Below are positions 1 to 10,840 of a stretch of DNA of 64,000 nt, in pieces. Numbering within the stretch: the first letter of the stretch is position 1; each line of letters begins with the position of its first letter. Where the stretch lies: positions 62,001 through 126,000 of IMG/VR virus record IMGVR_UViG_3300033141_006329; one strand, written 5' to 3'. A program made the translations under genes and the position numbers. A model generated the notes under the pieces. It did no database searches. It was not told where the DNA came from and was given only the letters and a program-made list of their open reading frames with translations.

Positions 1-2992
1 TGATTCCAAAACCATGAGTCGAAGGTGTAGCGGCAGAACCATCAGAATCAACAGTCTTAACAACCGTATCCTCTAAACTAACTGCACCTGAAGAAACATC
101 AAAGTCAGCCGTTGCAAACGAAGCAACGCCCTTCTGTGAATCTGTAGCATCCTTAGCTGTAATTGTAACTGTAGTACCAGTGGCTGATGTATCAATACCT
201 TGTGCATCAGTACCTGCTATAGTTGCTTGATGTGATGAAAATGTAGCGGTTCCACTATCGCTAGCAATTGATTTGGCTACACTATTATCAAGACTAATAA
301 TACCAGTAGTATCATCAAAATCCTGAGATACAAATGTAGCAACACCCTTTGTAGAACCATCGGCTGCTGCATTATCGCCGGCAATACTAATATTATTATC
401 AGAAACTGTAGTTGTAATACCAGTTCCACCCGCAACAACAAGCGTTTCACCAAGAGAAACAGTATCATCATCACCGCTATCGCAATCTATTGTTATAACA
501 CTATTTGCAAGATTATCATTGGTAACACCACTAGATTTTATTCTAATGCCATCAGATCCATTAAACTCCAATCCATCAGCCGCATCTAATTTAACTTGTA
601 AATCATTACCATTTAAAGTAAGACCAGCATCTGCATCATAGTCGGCTTTAAATACATCACCGTCTCTCTGAACACCGTGACTACCAGATAAATCATCTAT
701 AGTATCTGTAGCAGCAATTGTTATCGTATCTGTATTAGGATCTGTTGTAATCACAATGTCATTACCTGCTGCAAATGTAAGTGTATCGGTTTCACCATCT
801 GCAACTACATTACTTTGTCCAGACACGGCAACGGTTTTAAATACATCTTTAGTAGCCTGAGTATCATAAATTTCCTCAAGGGCACCTTCCACTGTCGTAG
901 CAGTAAATTTAGCACTTGAATCTAATATTGGTATATCTTCAGCATTAACTTGATTTGCTCCTTCTCCCCAGTCGATTAAAGTATCATCAATACCATTTGC
1001 AACTAAAGAAACATTACCTGTAGTAACGGAGAAATGATTAGAATCAAACTTAGCAATACCTTTATTGCTATCACTTGCATCTTCACCTGCTATAGTAATA
1101 TCTGCACCAGCACCTGATGTGTCAATACCTTCTCCACCCTTAACACCAAAACCATGAGTTGAAGGTGTCGCAGCAGATCCGTCAGAAGCAACAGTTTTAA
1201 CAACCGTATCTTCTAAAGTTACTGCACCGGCTGCAACATCAAAATCACCACTATCAAATTGAGCTATACCCTTAACAGCAGTACTTGCATCAGAAGCTGT
1301 AATCGTAATTTTACCCGAAGAAGTTGTAGTTGCTATACCAGTTCCACCCTCTATATCAAGAGTTTCACCCAAACTTATATCATCTGTCCCTGCATCATCA
1401 GAAGTAACTGTGATGTGATCATTTGCCAATTCAGCATTAGCAACACCATCATCTTTTATAGTTACTACACCACCAGCAACACCAAAGTTATCACCGCTAA
1501 AACTAGCAATACCTTTATTAGATGTTGAAGCAGCTTCTCCCGAAACTGTGAGTGTATTTGCTTCATCGTCATAAGATATGTCTACACCATCACCTTCAAC
1601 CAATAATGATGATACTCTATCATCACATAACTCATCACTAAAGAATTTCTTAGTTCCTTCAGTTATGTCATCGGTTGTAGCATCGGCAGATATAACACCA
1701 GCAGTAACTTTAACAACACCAGTTCCTGATCCAATTGTAGCACCTGCAAATGTAGGACTCGATCCAGTAGCAATTGTTTGATCTAATCCATCCAGATTTC
1801 CAAATTCAGTAGTAGTAAGAGCATTTGCACCTATTGTAAATCCCGTAGCGGTCAAAACCTGTCCAGCATTCCAAGCTCCACTCAATCCTCTTGTACCATC
1901 TGCTCGTAAATATTGAGCATGATCATCATCAGCTAGTCCTTGTAATGAACCATGATCCTGCGTAGATCCAATATTAACCCAAGCTGTACCATTAAACTGA
2001 TAATTAGTATCTTCATCTTCTACCCAACAAGACATACCTTCCTCTACCGAATTAAAATTCCAAGTTCCATCATATATAGCTATATCATCTTCATGTCCAG
2101 CCCAATCGCCAGTAGCATTAGTCGAATCAACTATATATCTATCGCCTGTACTTTCTCCGCCTGGAGGGGTAGCCAAATCCTTATCCAAAACACTATCTTG
2201 CCAATCCAATCCATTCAACTGTGAAATAACATAACCTTTAGTAGCTACATCTGTATTATCATCAGGTGTTGCAACATTAGTTACTTTATTACCACTCATA
2301 GATTGATTACCAGAAAATGCTCTAGTACCGTCAACTAATATATATTGCGTATGGTCATCATCTCCTCTTCCAGTAAGAGTTCCATGATCCAACGAATAAT
2401 TTGCTTCTAAAAAAGTCCTATTAACAGCATCTCCACCATCTACTGGATTTGCTACGTTAGTAAGCTTTTTTGATCCCATTGACTGATCGCCAGTAAATGC
2501 TCTGGTTCCATCTGCCAATGTATATTGTGTATGGTCATCATCATCACGGCCAGTTAATGCGCCATGATCATCTGTACCTAGTAACTCACTTCTTCCTATT
2601 CTGCCTCTTGATACCTCTGCCCAATCTCCAACTGTATCCAGATATAAAAATCTTATTACATACCCTAATTTTAAATCAAACCCACCAGCTCCATTTATAC
2701 CATTTCCACTAGCAAGGGTAACATAATCTGTATCGCTACCACCCACTAAAGTAAGTTCTTGGCAATTTTCACCATCCGCAATTTGCGGGTTGCTGGTTAA
2801 TGTTATATTGCCACCATCAGTGGTGACTATAAGAGTATTACGATTTGGGATTATCTGGGCACTAGCTGCTGTTATTTGTAACGTATTGGGGTAACCCACA
2901 CTAGATTCTATCCAATCATAGAAATCTTGCTGGGTAGGTTTATCCCCCGCTTCAAATTTTGTTTTCAAATATGCAACATCTTTTACCGCCAT
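1..2992 (-). CDS. Large fibre-like virion structural protein, partial (runs off the left edge; not in ORF track)
   Basis: ATG at 2992 with GGAGG RBS. Hand translation [24 protein letters not shown]... stays open where read, and is in frame at position 2. Has three DHGxLxGxxDDDHxQY repeats, a DUF2793-like segment ([36 protein letters not shown]) and the ATPSTHxFGxKGG / GEDAS..NKGIA repeats shared with 11587..15282. Confidence 0.85.
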   Translation of the reverse strand, partial: MAVKDVAYLKTKFEAGDKPTQQDFYDWIESSVGYPNTLQITAASAQIIPNRNTLIVTTDGGNITLTSNPQIADGENCQELTLVGGSDTDYVTLASGNGINGAGGFDLKLGYVIRFLYLDTVGDWAEVSRGRIGRSELLGTDDHGALTGRDDDDHTQYTLADGTRAFTGDQSMGSKKLTNVANPVDGGDAVNRTFLEANYSLDHGTLTGRGDDDHTQYILVDGTRAFSGNQSMSGNKVTNVATPDDNTDVATKGYVISQLNGLDWQDSVLDKDLATPPGGESTGDRYIVDSTNATGDWAGHEDDIAIYDGTWNFNSVEEGMSCWVEDEDTNYQFNGTAWVNIGSTQDHGSLQGLADDDHAQYLRADGTRGLSGAWNAGQVLTATGFTIGANALTTTEFGNLDGLDQTIATGSSPTFAGATIGSGTGVVKVTAGVISADATTDDITEGTKKFFSDELCDDRVSSLLVEGDGVDISYDDEANTLTVSGEAASTSNKGIASFSGDNFGVAGGVVTIKDDGVANAELANDHITVTSDDAGTDDISLGETLDIEGGTGIATTTSSGKITITASDASTAVKGIAQFDSGDFDVAAGAVTLEDTVVKTVASDGSAATPSTHGFGVKGGEGIDTSGAGADITIAGEDASDSNKGIAKFDSNHFSVTTGNVSLVANGIDDTLIDWGEGANQVNAEDIPILDSSAKFTATTVEGALEEIYDTQATKDVFKTVAVSGQSNVVADGETDTLTFAAGNDIVITTDPNTDTITIAATDTIDDLSGSHGVQRDGDVFKADYDADAGLTLNGNDLQVKLDAADGLEFNGSDGIRIKSSGVTNDNLANSVITIDCDSGDDDTVSLGETLVVAGGTGITTTVSDNNISIAGDNAAADGSTKGVATFVSQDFDDTTGIISLDNSVAKSIASDSGTATFSSHQATIAGTDAQGIDTSATGTTVTITAKDATDSQKGVASFATADFDVSSGAVSLEDTVVKTVDSDGSAATPSTHGFGI

Positions 2993-3013
2993 TTATTATA
3001 TTCCTCCCAAAGT

Positions 3014-3106
3014 TTACTGAATTATAAAATCATTTCCAATTATCCATGTTCCTATACCACCGGGTTGTGGATCATAGAAAAAATCATAATAATAAATATA
3101 TGCCAT
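3014..3106 (-). CDS. Small hypothetical protein (30 aa)
   Basis: MAYIYYYDFFYDPQPGGIGTWIIGNDFIIQ*; AGGAG RBS; fills the gap between two structural genes. Confidence 0.55.
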   Translation of the reverse strand: MAYIYYYDFFYDPQPGGIGTWIIGNDFIIQ

Positions 3107-3118
3107 TGTTAGTTTCTC

Positions 3119-3598
3119 CTATGTTGAGGCGATGTAATTAACTCTTATCCTATCAGTTGTTTCGGGTGCCGCATTAAATGTGACATCAGCTCCACTAATA
3201 GTATAATCGTTAGATGCGCCAGGTTCTAATAAAACACCATTCTTAAACACTTGTTCACTATCTGTGACAGGAGTACCTGTAAGCGTGAATAGCGTTCTAT
3301 TCCCATCAGGAACATGCACAGTTTCATCTCTAGTAACAACAACTGCGGGTTGCATAAAATTATCATCCACATAATTTTTGTTAGCGGCATCTGTTCCAGA
3401 AGATGGTGTAAGTACACTCACTATCTTATGATTACCCAAATTTAAATTGGCGGTCATTACAACACTACCGCCTCTTTGGATAAAATCCGGACCATTTGCT
3501 AATTTTGTCGTTACTATAGCTGCATCTGTAGCTACTTGTGCATTTGCTATGGTAACTTCCATTATCTGTTTGTTACCGCGTATTTTAACTACAGCCAT
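3119..3598 (-). CDS. Virion structural protein; short paralogue made of the N- and C-terminal modules of the 1231-aa fibre
   Basis: N-term MAVVKIRGNKQIMEVTIANAQ matches [21 protein letters not shown]; C-term SEQVFKNGVLL..G..NDYTISG..TF..AP.T.D matches the C-term of 11587..15282. Confidence 0.75.
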   Translation of the reverse strand: MAVVKIRGNKQIMEVTIANAQVATDAAIVTTKLANGPDFIQRGGSVVMTANLNLGNHKIVSVLTPSSGTDAANKNYVDDNFMQPAVVVTRDETVHVPDGNRTLFTLTGTPVTDSEQVFKNGVLLEPGASNDYTISGADVTFNAAPETTDRIRVNYIAST

Positions 3599-3660
3599 AA
3601 TTTCTACCTTTCTTTATCAAAGGGTTTTCTCTATCTCGGCTATATCACAAAGCACTGACT

Positions 3661-4305
3661 CTAAATCAATTCTGCGAGTATATCTTCTTTACTCTTCGGC
3701 TTCTTATTTCCTCTATTCTTATTATTTAAAACTTCTTCCAACAAAGAAGAATTATAACTTTTATTCTCTATCTTTTTATCTTCAATAACATTCTCAGAAA
3801 TCTCCTCTTGATCGTTCTCTTGGGTCTCCTCTGAAGTATTTTCTTTAACAGTCTCCGCTTCTATCTTTTCTTCTATCTTTTCTTTCGTTTTATCTTCCTC
3901 TTCCTTCTCTTCTGAAATCGTACTTATAACATTCTTAGAATTCTGTTTAATTTCTTTCTTATTCTCTTTTTGTGTTGTCTCTGATACAAGCTTTGTACCA
4001 ACACATAAATCTGTTTCCAGTTTCAGTTCACCTTCCCATGTATTGATGAAATATTTTCCCTCACCAATAACTTCTAAATTTGCACTATATATCTTTGTGA
4101 GGTCTAAGTATTCCTTATTTATCATCTTGGTTATGGGAGGAACAACGACTTTTACTTTATTCTCACCCTCTAATAATTCACCCTTAAAACTATATACTAC
4201 ATCTTCGTGGTAAACTCTAAACCAAAACTCTAAATCGTTAAACCCTATACCCTCAGTAGATACATCAAATAGAAGTATTTTTTTATTCCTTCCAATCGTT
4301 ATCAT
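3661..4305 (-). CDS. Hypothetical protein with Glu/Lys-rich low-complexity C-half
   Basis: 214-aa ORF, GGAG RBS, preceded by core motif at 4321. Confidence 0.6.
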   Translation of the reverse strand: MITIGRNKKILLFDVSTEGIGFNDLEFWFRVYHEDVVYSFKGELLEGENKVKVVVPPITKMINKEYLDLTKIYSANLEVIGEGKYFINTWEGELKLETDLCVGTKLVSETTQKENKKEIKQNSKNVISTISEEKEEEDKTKEKIEEKIEAETVKENTSEETQENDQEEISENVIEDKKIENKSYNSSLLEEVLNNKNRGNKKPKSKEDILAELI

Positions 4306-4322
4306 TATCTATCTCCTCTTTA

Positions 4323-4332
4323 TAGTTTGTCC
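4323..4332 (-). promoter_or_regulatory. Class 2 element (core only)
   Basis: GGACAAACTA. Confidence 0.5.
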
Positions 4333-4350
4333 GGACGAAAATAATAGTCT

Positions 4351-4557
4351 TTAGGTGATTGTTTCGATCAACGCTATTTTAACTTGAAAATCTTCTTTCT
4401 TTGTACTTATGATTTCTATAAGTTCTGCATCCACTTTTGGAAATTTGAATTTAGATGGTTTTCTATCACGATATACAACACCGCCACCACCAACTCCAAC
4501 TAATACATCTCTTCCTCTACAAATGACACCTTTAGTGGCTAACCCTATTCCACACAT
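4351..4557 (-). CDS. Hypothetical protein (probably virion-associated)
   Basis: 68-aa ORF; start overlaps upstream stop (TAATG). Confidence 0.55.
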   Translation of the reverse strand: MCGIGLATKGVICRGRDVLVGVGGGGVVYRDRKPSKFKFPKVDAELIEIISTKKEDFQVKIALIETIT

Positions 4558-5072
4558 TATATTTTAATAACCTTATAAGTTTTACATATCTTTTCTTCGT
4601 AGGTAGCTGTTATATGATATGTAGATATAACACCATCATCAGTTCCTACATCTGCTGCATCATCATAAATTCTAATCCTTCCACTAATAAGATTATCATA
4701 TGCATCATGCACAGCATTATCTATATAGAAATTCTCTTGAGTTAAACCTAATATTCTTATTATCAATTCTCGTAATGAATCAAAATCATTATTTTGAACC
4801 TTTATAGTATTCGCTTTACCCCAAGGAAAATAATCTTCATGATAAACAACCAAATACCAATTGCCAACATTGGGGGGAGTAAATGTAGCTCTATAATTTC
4901 CATGTCCTAATTCTGTAACAACAACAGTAATAGTCGAAGATACTTCATCACCATCTGGATCGTATAAAGTTCTGGTGAAATCATCATCCTCCAAATCTAT
5001 CACTGGATTATAATTCTCATCAGTAACTGTAAAATCTTCTTTTACAAGCTCTCCGGATCTAGCTAACAGCAT
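4557..5072 (-). CDS. Hypothetical protein, Ig-like beta-rich (probably structural)
   Basis: 171 aa; GNYRATFTPPNVGNWYLVV beta pattern; within structural module. Confidence 0.55.
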   Translation of the reverse strand: MLLARSGELVKEDFTVTDENYNPVIDLEDDDFTRTLYDPDGDEVSSTITVVVTELGHGNYRATFTPPNVGNWYLVVYHEDYFPWGKANTIKVQNNDFDSLRELIIRILGLTQENFYIDNAVHDAYDNLISGRIRIYDDAADVGTDDGVISTYHITATYEEKICKTYKVIKI

Positions 5073-5092
5073 CTATTTCTCTCCTCGGACTC

Positions 5093-5665
5093 TTAATGCT
5101 TAAATGTTATTACTCTGTTTATCTTGTCACTATTAAAAATAGCATCTGGGATCAATGCGGTTATACCCAATATCTTTGAATAATAACCTTTAAAAATTCC
5201 ATTGTAACAATCATCTATAAGTTCGGTGCAATATACTTCATCATCTCCTGATTCAAAATCAAAGTCATATTTCACTTTATTTCTTACCATTTCCTTTGCT
5301 GTAAATATAACATCTTGAATATCATTATTGGTAACTTTTCTAACCCTTACTATTGCAATATCATCGCACCTACAAAAATCTAATATATCCTCTTTCACAA
5401 CACCACAGCTAAGAGCATGAATAACTGTATCATTACCTATATATAATGCAGCATGACCCCAAAAACCTGGAGTTAATTTAGTATTAAGATAACCATGATA
5501 TCGTCTTAATAATATATCTCCCTTTTTCAGGGTATTCATTATAACTCTTATTTCATGTCCTTTAAGCTTGTGCAGTTCTGGTTTATACAGAAGGAATAAA
5601 GGTTTCTTAGATAAATATATATCTGCTGTGAGTTTAACGAAAAACTTTATAATTTTCTTAACCAT
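5093..5665 (-). CDS. YiiX/YebB-like permuted papain-like (NlpC/P60) amidase
   Basis: LKKGDILL..., WGHAALYIG, IHAL, YDFDF, VYCTELI (His before Cys, the permuted order). Confidence 0.8.
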   Translation of the reverse strand: MVKKIIKFFVKLTADIYLSKKPLFLLYKPELHKLKGHEIRVIMNTLKKGDILLRRYHGYLNTKLTPGFWGHAALYIGNDTVIHALSCGVVKEDILDFCRCDDIAIVRVRKVTNNDIQDVIFTAKEMVRNKVKYDFDFESGDDEVYCTELIDDCYNGIFKGYYSKILGITALIPDAIFNSDKINRVITFKH

Positions 5666-6371
5666 GATTTATTACTCCTCCATCCACACTATATATTGTG
5701 AATTTGTTATTATCTGTATTATACTCAGCATATGTTCTATTGTGAATCCAATCTCCTGAATTTACATATATTATATCACGATAGTGGTCTACTAGCTTTG
5801 GTAAATGTGTATGACCCAAAACTATATTTCTAAAACCTCTTTCCATATTACTTACAGTCGCTTCTTTTTCTACTTTAAGCACAAGGTCATTATAATACTT
5901 TTTCTGTTTTTTCATAGCGATTGAATGTAAAGTATTTCTAAAACAAGCTTGTAAATTAATACCAACTCTTTCGAGTAACCACTGTATACAATATAGAAAT
6001 CTTGCCCAATTAGAATAATCTCTTATGAATTCATCATATATTTGTCCGTGCATGAAGACGGTTTTTTTATTAAATATATATTCCTCAACTACCTTTACAT
6101 TCGGAAACAATTCTGCTAAATCTTCCTTTGAGGGATCATGATTTCCTATAACATATGTTACATCCATTATTTCTGATAATCGATTTATCGACCAAATGAA
6201 TTCCTCATTCTCATCCACTATATCAAAAAGTGATTTCTCCCATACATCTAATATATCACCATTCAAAACTAAACTATCAAATTCTTCTGACTCTAATAAA
6301 TTATTAAGCCTGTGATAATCATTGAATAAAGGATTACCTAAATGTGTATCTGATATAATAAGAATTTTCAT
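5658..6371 (-). CDS. Calcineurin-like metallophosphoesterase, LpxH-like (UDP-2,3-diacylglucosamine hydrolase family)
   Basis: SDTHLG, GDILD, GNHD, HG, GHTH, NSGDW motifs; start placed at MKIL (TAATG overlap at 6371). Confidence 0.8.
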   Translation of the reverse strand: MKILIISDTHLGNPLFNDYHRLNNLLESEEFDSLVLNGDILDVWEKSLFDIVDENEEFIWSINRLSEIMDVTYVIGNHDPSKEDLAELFPNVKVVEEYIFNKKTVFMHGQIYDEFIRDYSNWARFLYCIQWLLERVGINLQACFRNTLHSIAMKKQKKYYNDLVLKVEKEATVSNMERGFRNIVLGHTHLPKLVDHYRDIIYVNSGDWIHNRTYAEYNTDNNKFTIYSVDGGVINHG

Positions 6372-7264
6372 TATACACAATGCTCTCTATGAAATGTAAG
6401 CACACAAGCAACATGCCAATGATGATCATCATGATGATCACTTATATATGTTTTAATTATTGCTTTTAATCTCATTCCGTGTCCCAACTGATCCACATCT
6501 GAAGCTTGCAATCTTTTAAATCCATCCCCTAGTAATGGTATCCTATTTACAAAATTAGACAATGTAACTTCATATGCAAAAATATTATACCTACCATTCC
6601 CATAAGGTGCTGGAATTATATTCTCAAATTCTTTTGTAGTGGTATTCCAATCGGCATTCCAAAAAGCAACTGGTGCATTACCCGCATCATCATCTGGCAT
6701 ATAAACTAAACCACCTATAGATTCTGTCAAATCTCCTGTAATCTCTACTGTTCCATTCGTACCATCTGATGGAATTACTAAATATCCACCGTATAAATTA
6801 TAATCTGTTCCTGATCCAGATTGCCATTCTACAACTCTTGGTACAGCAATCATTGATATCTCATCAAATTCTGCATACTTCCAGATAATATACCCCTCAT
6901 GTAACCAAGTCTCGTTTTCAATACAATTAAAATCCAAATAGATAGAATCATTTGTAGAATCACCTATGATATGATCAAAATGAAAATCATGCCCACTTCC
7001 CACATCTGTAACATCGCTTGGATCATCGCCAGAACCTGTAAAATATGTTTTCATTCCTAATTGGCGAGATGTTTGATGTACCCTTGTTTTTCCCGATGCA
7101 TGATCTGTAACTGGTGCGCCTAAAATTGTATCTGTTATCCAAGTCTTATCTTCATTTATCGAATGCTCATTATTATTAGGGCATACAGTTGGTGCAGTTT
7201 GTCCCCACGTCTGAACATAAATTCCTTCTGTATTGCACCATACATTATACTTATATAAATCCAT
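6371..7264 (-). CDS. Hypothetical virion-module protein
   Basis: 297-aa acidic ORF with GGGG RBS in the structural operon. Confidence 0.6.
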   Translation of the reverse strand: MDLYKYNVWCNTEGIYVQTWGQTAPTVCPNNNEHSINEDKTWITDTILGAPVTDHASGKTRVHQTSRQLGMKTYFTGSGDDPSDVTDVGSGHDFHFDHIIGDSTNDSIYLDFNCIENETWLHEGYIIWKYAEFDEISMIAVPRVVEWQSGSGTDYNLYGGYLVIPSDGTNGTVEITGDLTESIGGLVYMPDDDAGNAPVAFWNADWNTTTKEFENIIPAPYGNGRYNIFAYEVTLSNFVNRIPLLGDGFKRLQASDVDQLGHGMRLKAIIKTYISDHHDDHHWHVACVLTFHREHCV

Positions 7265-7277
7265 TTTATCCCCTCTC

Positions 7278-8018
7278 CTATAAATAAAATTGCATCAGAA
7301 ATGAACTGATGTATATATCTTTGGTTCGAATACTACCTTTAACCCTAACATCAAATATGGCTTCTGCTGGTGGAACATTTGTCATAGTATCATCTGCAAG
7401 AACTACCCAGTCAGAACTAGATGTAGAAACTTCTGATATAACTGTATCGTGTGTAGTATCATACAATTGATAATATGCTATTAAACCAATTGCTGCTTTA
7501 ACTAAATATTTACAACCTGTAGGCACACCCACTATGGAAGATCCTCTATATATAAATTGTCTAACTGATATCCACGTAGTTGTCCTATATGTATTATGAT
7601 CCCTATCAGCAGCTCCCATATCTATAATAGTATCACCACCTCCATGAAAAACCGGAGATATTATCCAATGAAGATTGCCATCCTGACATTCCAATGTTTT
7701 GTGACCAGAAGTAGGTTTTGTGGGTACATCTGTATGTTCGTCTAATTCGTGATCAATAAATACACCATCTACATCTTCATACTCTGTTTCAAAATTAACG
7801 TGTCGTATACCATTTACTATTGATAAATCATTTGTTCCATCATTTATAGTTAACAAACCACCCAATACATAGGTATCTATATCTGTGGATGTGGATATAT
7901 CTATCTTGGTGAATAATTCAGTTAATTCGATCTGGGAAGAGGCCGGAATGCCAATCCCCAGATCGTTTATAAATAATTCGCTTGTCGTATCATTGATAGC
8001 AATTATTGTTGTTGCCAT
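7278..8018 (-). CDS. Virion structural protein (N-terminal domain shared with 8022..9449)
   Basis: IAIND...INDLGI...IND G...LS...G.R pattern matches IAIKDS...VEDLGI...INNG..NLS...GVR. Confidence 0.65.
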   Translation of the reverse strand: MATTIIAINDTTSELFINDLGIGIPASSQIELTELFTKIDISTSTDIDTYVLGGLLTINDGTNDLSIVNGIRHVNFETEYEDVDGVFIDHELDEHTDVPTKPTSGHKTLECQDGNLHWIISPVFHGGGDTIIDMGAADRDHNTYRTTTWISVRQFIYRGSSIVGVPTGCKYLVKAAIGLIAYYQLYDTTHDTVISEVSTSSSDWVVLADDTMTNVPPAEAIFDVRVKGSIRTKDIYISSFLMQFYL

Positions 8019-8021
8019 ATA

Positions 8022-9449
8022 TTAGTCTTTTCTCCATGCAATTTCTATCAATAAAACAGGATCAGTTACAGCCGAACTACATTCAACAAAACTTTGCAGA
8101 AAATCCCCAGCTGCTAAATCAACATCTATAGTGGTATCACCTGACCCTATGGTAGCAGATAATGCTAATGTTGAAATATTAGATATAACATCATTCTTAC
8201 GAATATGAAAATCTGCTGTCCCAGATGAATCTACCTGTACAGAAAGACTCACTATCGTGGCTGTTCGGACCATTCTGAGGCCGGAATTATTGGATAATAA
8301 TTGGCCCCCATAAAAGCCTAAATATTGGTTCTTAGAAGCACCACGCTTACCAAAGCATAACATCATGCGGTCTACTGAGAGCCATTTTGAACGGCTATCG
8401 TCGTAAGTGTAAAGGATACCATCTGTCTGGCGGGATAATTGGCCGGGCTGAAGGTCGGATGTTGGAACAGAGGATTGTGGCGTAAGTTCGAGCGGTGCGT
8501 AAGTGGATGTAGCATCGAGGATTACGGCTTTTGCATCGACAATTATTTTTCGGCCGACTCCTGGTCCTCCTTGATCGTATGCGCTGTCAAGATCTGGATT
8601 TTGCGATAGCAATGCTATATCAATATCACCAAGAACAGTTTCTAAATCGTCTCCTGCCTCGTTTCCAATGTTTATGTAAGCATTCTCAACATCTATGTAA
8701 TTGGCAGGATGTCTATGTGGTCCACTAAAATCAACATCCGCCATTTTTGTCCAACCAACGGAACCATGTGCAGGATCTGAATTGTAAATATATTGAGCTT
8801 GTCCTCCGTCTCCGTCATCATTCACATTTACTGCTGCATTGTCCAATTCTTGAGCTTGTTCTGTAAATTCCCCGCTGGTGGAATCAAAAACATATACGTC
8901 TTCATTAACATTAGCAAGATTAATAACGCGATCACCTTCCTGTGCGGTACTCTGCGCTACCCATTCGCTCGTTGAGTCCACATACAAATAATAGTTATCA
9001 TCATCTGTATCAAAATATACATCACCAATTTCCGGAGATCCTGGTGGTGTATCAGTTATATCTTCTACTCTATATAATACTGGGTCTATCCAATACTGGG
9101 TTATGTTTGGCACATTTGTAATATTGTCCCAATGGACTTCGCTGTCGCCTCCTACATTTAATTCATTTTTACTATAATAATTATCCTCAAGATATTCACC
9201 TTGTATAAAGGTTAGGTATCTTACCCCTGCCTCGGCTGATAGATTTTCTACTCCGTTATTTATTATTACATCACCATCTTCAACTACTTGTCGTAAAGAG
9301 TCGCTGCCAGCGAGTTCATCATATGAGAACCACTCTGATAAACTTTGACCATTCGTAGAATCTAATATCTCTATCCCTAAATCCTCTACCCAGATTCCAC
9401 TAGCGGTAGAATCTTTTATAGCAATTACGGTATACATAGGTACGGACAT
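8022..9449 (-). CDS. Virion structural/fibre-like protein
   Basis: 475 aa, acidic; TPPGSPEIGDVYFDT..YYLY motif; C-terminal domain paralogous to 10376..10837. Confidence 0.7.
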   Translation of the reverse strand: MSVPMYTVIAIKDSTASGIWVEDLGIEILDSTNGQSLSEWFSYDELAGSDSLRQVVEDGDVIINNGVENLSAEAGVRYLTFIQGEYLEDNYYSKNELNVGGDSEVHWDNITNVPNITQYWIDPVLYRVEDITDTPPGSPEIGDVYFDTDDDNYYLYVDSTSEWVAQSTAQEGDRVINLANVNEDVYVFDSTSGEFTEQAQELDNAAVNVNDDGDGGQAQYIYNSDPAHGSVGWTKMADVDFSGPHRHPANYIDVENAYINIGNEAGDDLETVLGDIDIALLSQNPDLDSAYDQGGPGVGRKIIVDAKAVILDATSTYAPLELTPQSSVPTSDLQPGQLSRQTDGILYTYDDSRSKWLSVDRMMLCFGKRGASKNQYLGFYGGQLLSNNSGLRMVRTATIVSLSVQVDSSGTADFHIRKNDVISNISTLALSATIGSGDTTIDVDLAAGDFLQSFVECSSAVTDPVLLIEIAWRKD

Positions 9450-9492
9450 CGTTAATACCTCCTAATCTTTCTTATTTTATACATCTCCATTT

Positions 9493-10389
9493 TTATTCAC
9501 CTACCTCGTTCTCTTTCTGCCTCGATCTCCATTCGTTTATTTCTTCTTCTGTTGCGTATTTATAATTTGGATATTCTTCAGATTTCAATCTATTCTTTAA
9601 TAGTTTTACTGATAATAACCCTTTAGATAAAAATTCTTTCATATAAGAATAGTATATACCATCAATAACTATAGCTTTGGCTTTCCCGTTCCTTCCACCT
9701 CTTCTAGTTTTTAGTATTTTATCTCTATATTCCTCAGATTCCCACATAACTTTTGTACATTTAGATCTGTTTTCCTTATATTCTTCTGTATTAAATACTA
9801 TTTTTCGAATTTCACTCATTCTAGACTTAAATTCTTCATCTTTCCACATATCTTGTAATTCTTTGGTTTTCTTTTCTCTGTATGTAGGATCTTCCCACAT
9901 ATCTGATAGAAGTTTACTTGCTCTCTTCTTGTGTTCACTTACAAATTCTGGATCTTCCCATAATATTTTAGCAGCTCTGCTATTTTGTCTTCTTCGTTTT
10001 TCAGTACAGATTGATCCAGAATTACCTTCTCCACCATCTGTTAGATTTAGAAGTGGTCCTTTACCTTGATCTTTTCTTCCTATTATTGCTATCATTGGTA
10101 TTTCGTAATCATCAAATGCTTCTCGTTCTGTTAAATTTTCTACATACTTAATCTGTATTGGTTCAAGTCCTAATCTCAAAAGTTTTTTAATCTTGGCATT
10201 CTTTGGGGTATTTTTCTCCAGTTTCTTTTTGTACATATGAGATTCTATTCTACAAGTACTACCCTTCCCTGCATAGAATGGTTCATAATCAAATTCGTAA
10301 GGCCCATACTTATACATACCTGGTTTCCTCGAATCCAAATATAAATAAATATAAAACCTACGTTCATCTTTGTTATTAGCTTGCATCAT
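9493..10389 (-). mobile_element. Free-standing GIY-YIG-like homing endonuclease
   Basis: FYIYLYLD...PFYAGKGS..RI..H...E core, NLTDGGEG linker, tandem W.D.E(Y/F) helical repeats; basic protein amid acidic structural genes. Confidence 0.75.
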
Positions 10390-10837
10390 ATCTCCATGCT
10401 ATTTCTACGCAAATTTCTGGAAAATTTGCTTTATCTCCAGTGTTATTAAAGTCTATCTCTGCTTGTATCCAATCACCTTTTTCTAATAATATACTCAGGT
10501 TATCTTCTACAGTTCCTGCTGCTCCTGTCAATTCCACAGTAGTCACATCTGTTCCTCCATTTTTCCTGATATTAAATTTGCAATTTGCAGTACCTTGCGT
10601 ATTTGCAGATACCGCTGTTATCATAGCATCTCTTATAAGTCTATACCCTGAGGTATTAGAAAAAACTTTTCCAGTCATAGCCATGTATCTCTTATAGGAT
10701 AAATTCTTATGATCTATCCCGAACGATATATTCTGCCTACCCACAGAGACCCAAGTATTTCTTGTTATATCCCAATAGTATAAATTACTATTATAAACTA
10801 AAGTTCTAGGCCCAATGTTTCTAGTATCTCGGAGCAT
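10376..10837 (-). CDS. Structural protein paralogous to the C-terminal domain of 8022..9449
   Basis: LYYWDITRNTWVSVGR..FG..SN.SG.R..R.A.I..S...G.A.F.IRKN...GD..Q...EIAWR aligns by eye. Confidence 0.7.
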   Translation of the reverse strand: MLRDTRNIGPRTLVYNSNLYYWDITRNTWVSVGRQNISFGIDHKNLSYKRYMAMTGKVFSNTSGYRLIRDAMITAVSANTQGTANCKFNIRKNGGTDVTTVELTGAAGTVEDNLSILLEKGDWIQAEIDFNNTGDKANFPEICVEIAWRYDAS

Positions 10838-10840
10838 TCC

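Noticed and set aside
277-2712. Short ORFs on both strands within 1..2992 (277, 1259, 1578, 1952, 2497)
   Set aside because: Shadow frames of the long minus-strand fibre gene; no RBS and implausible composition
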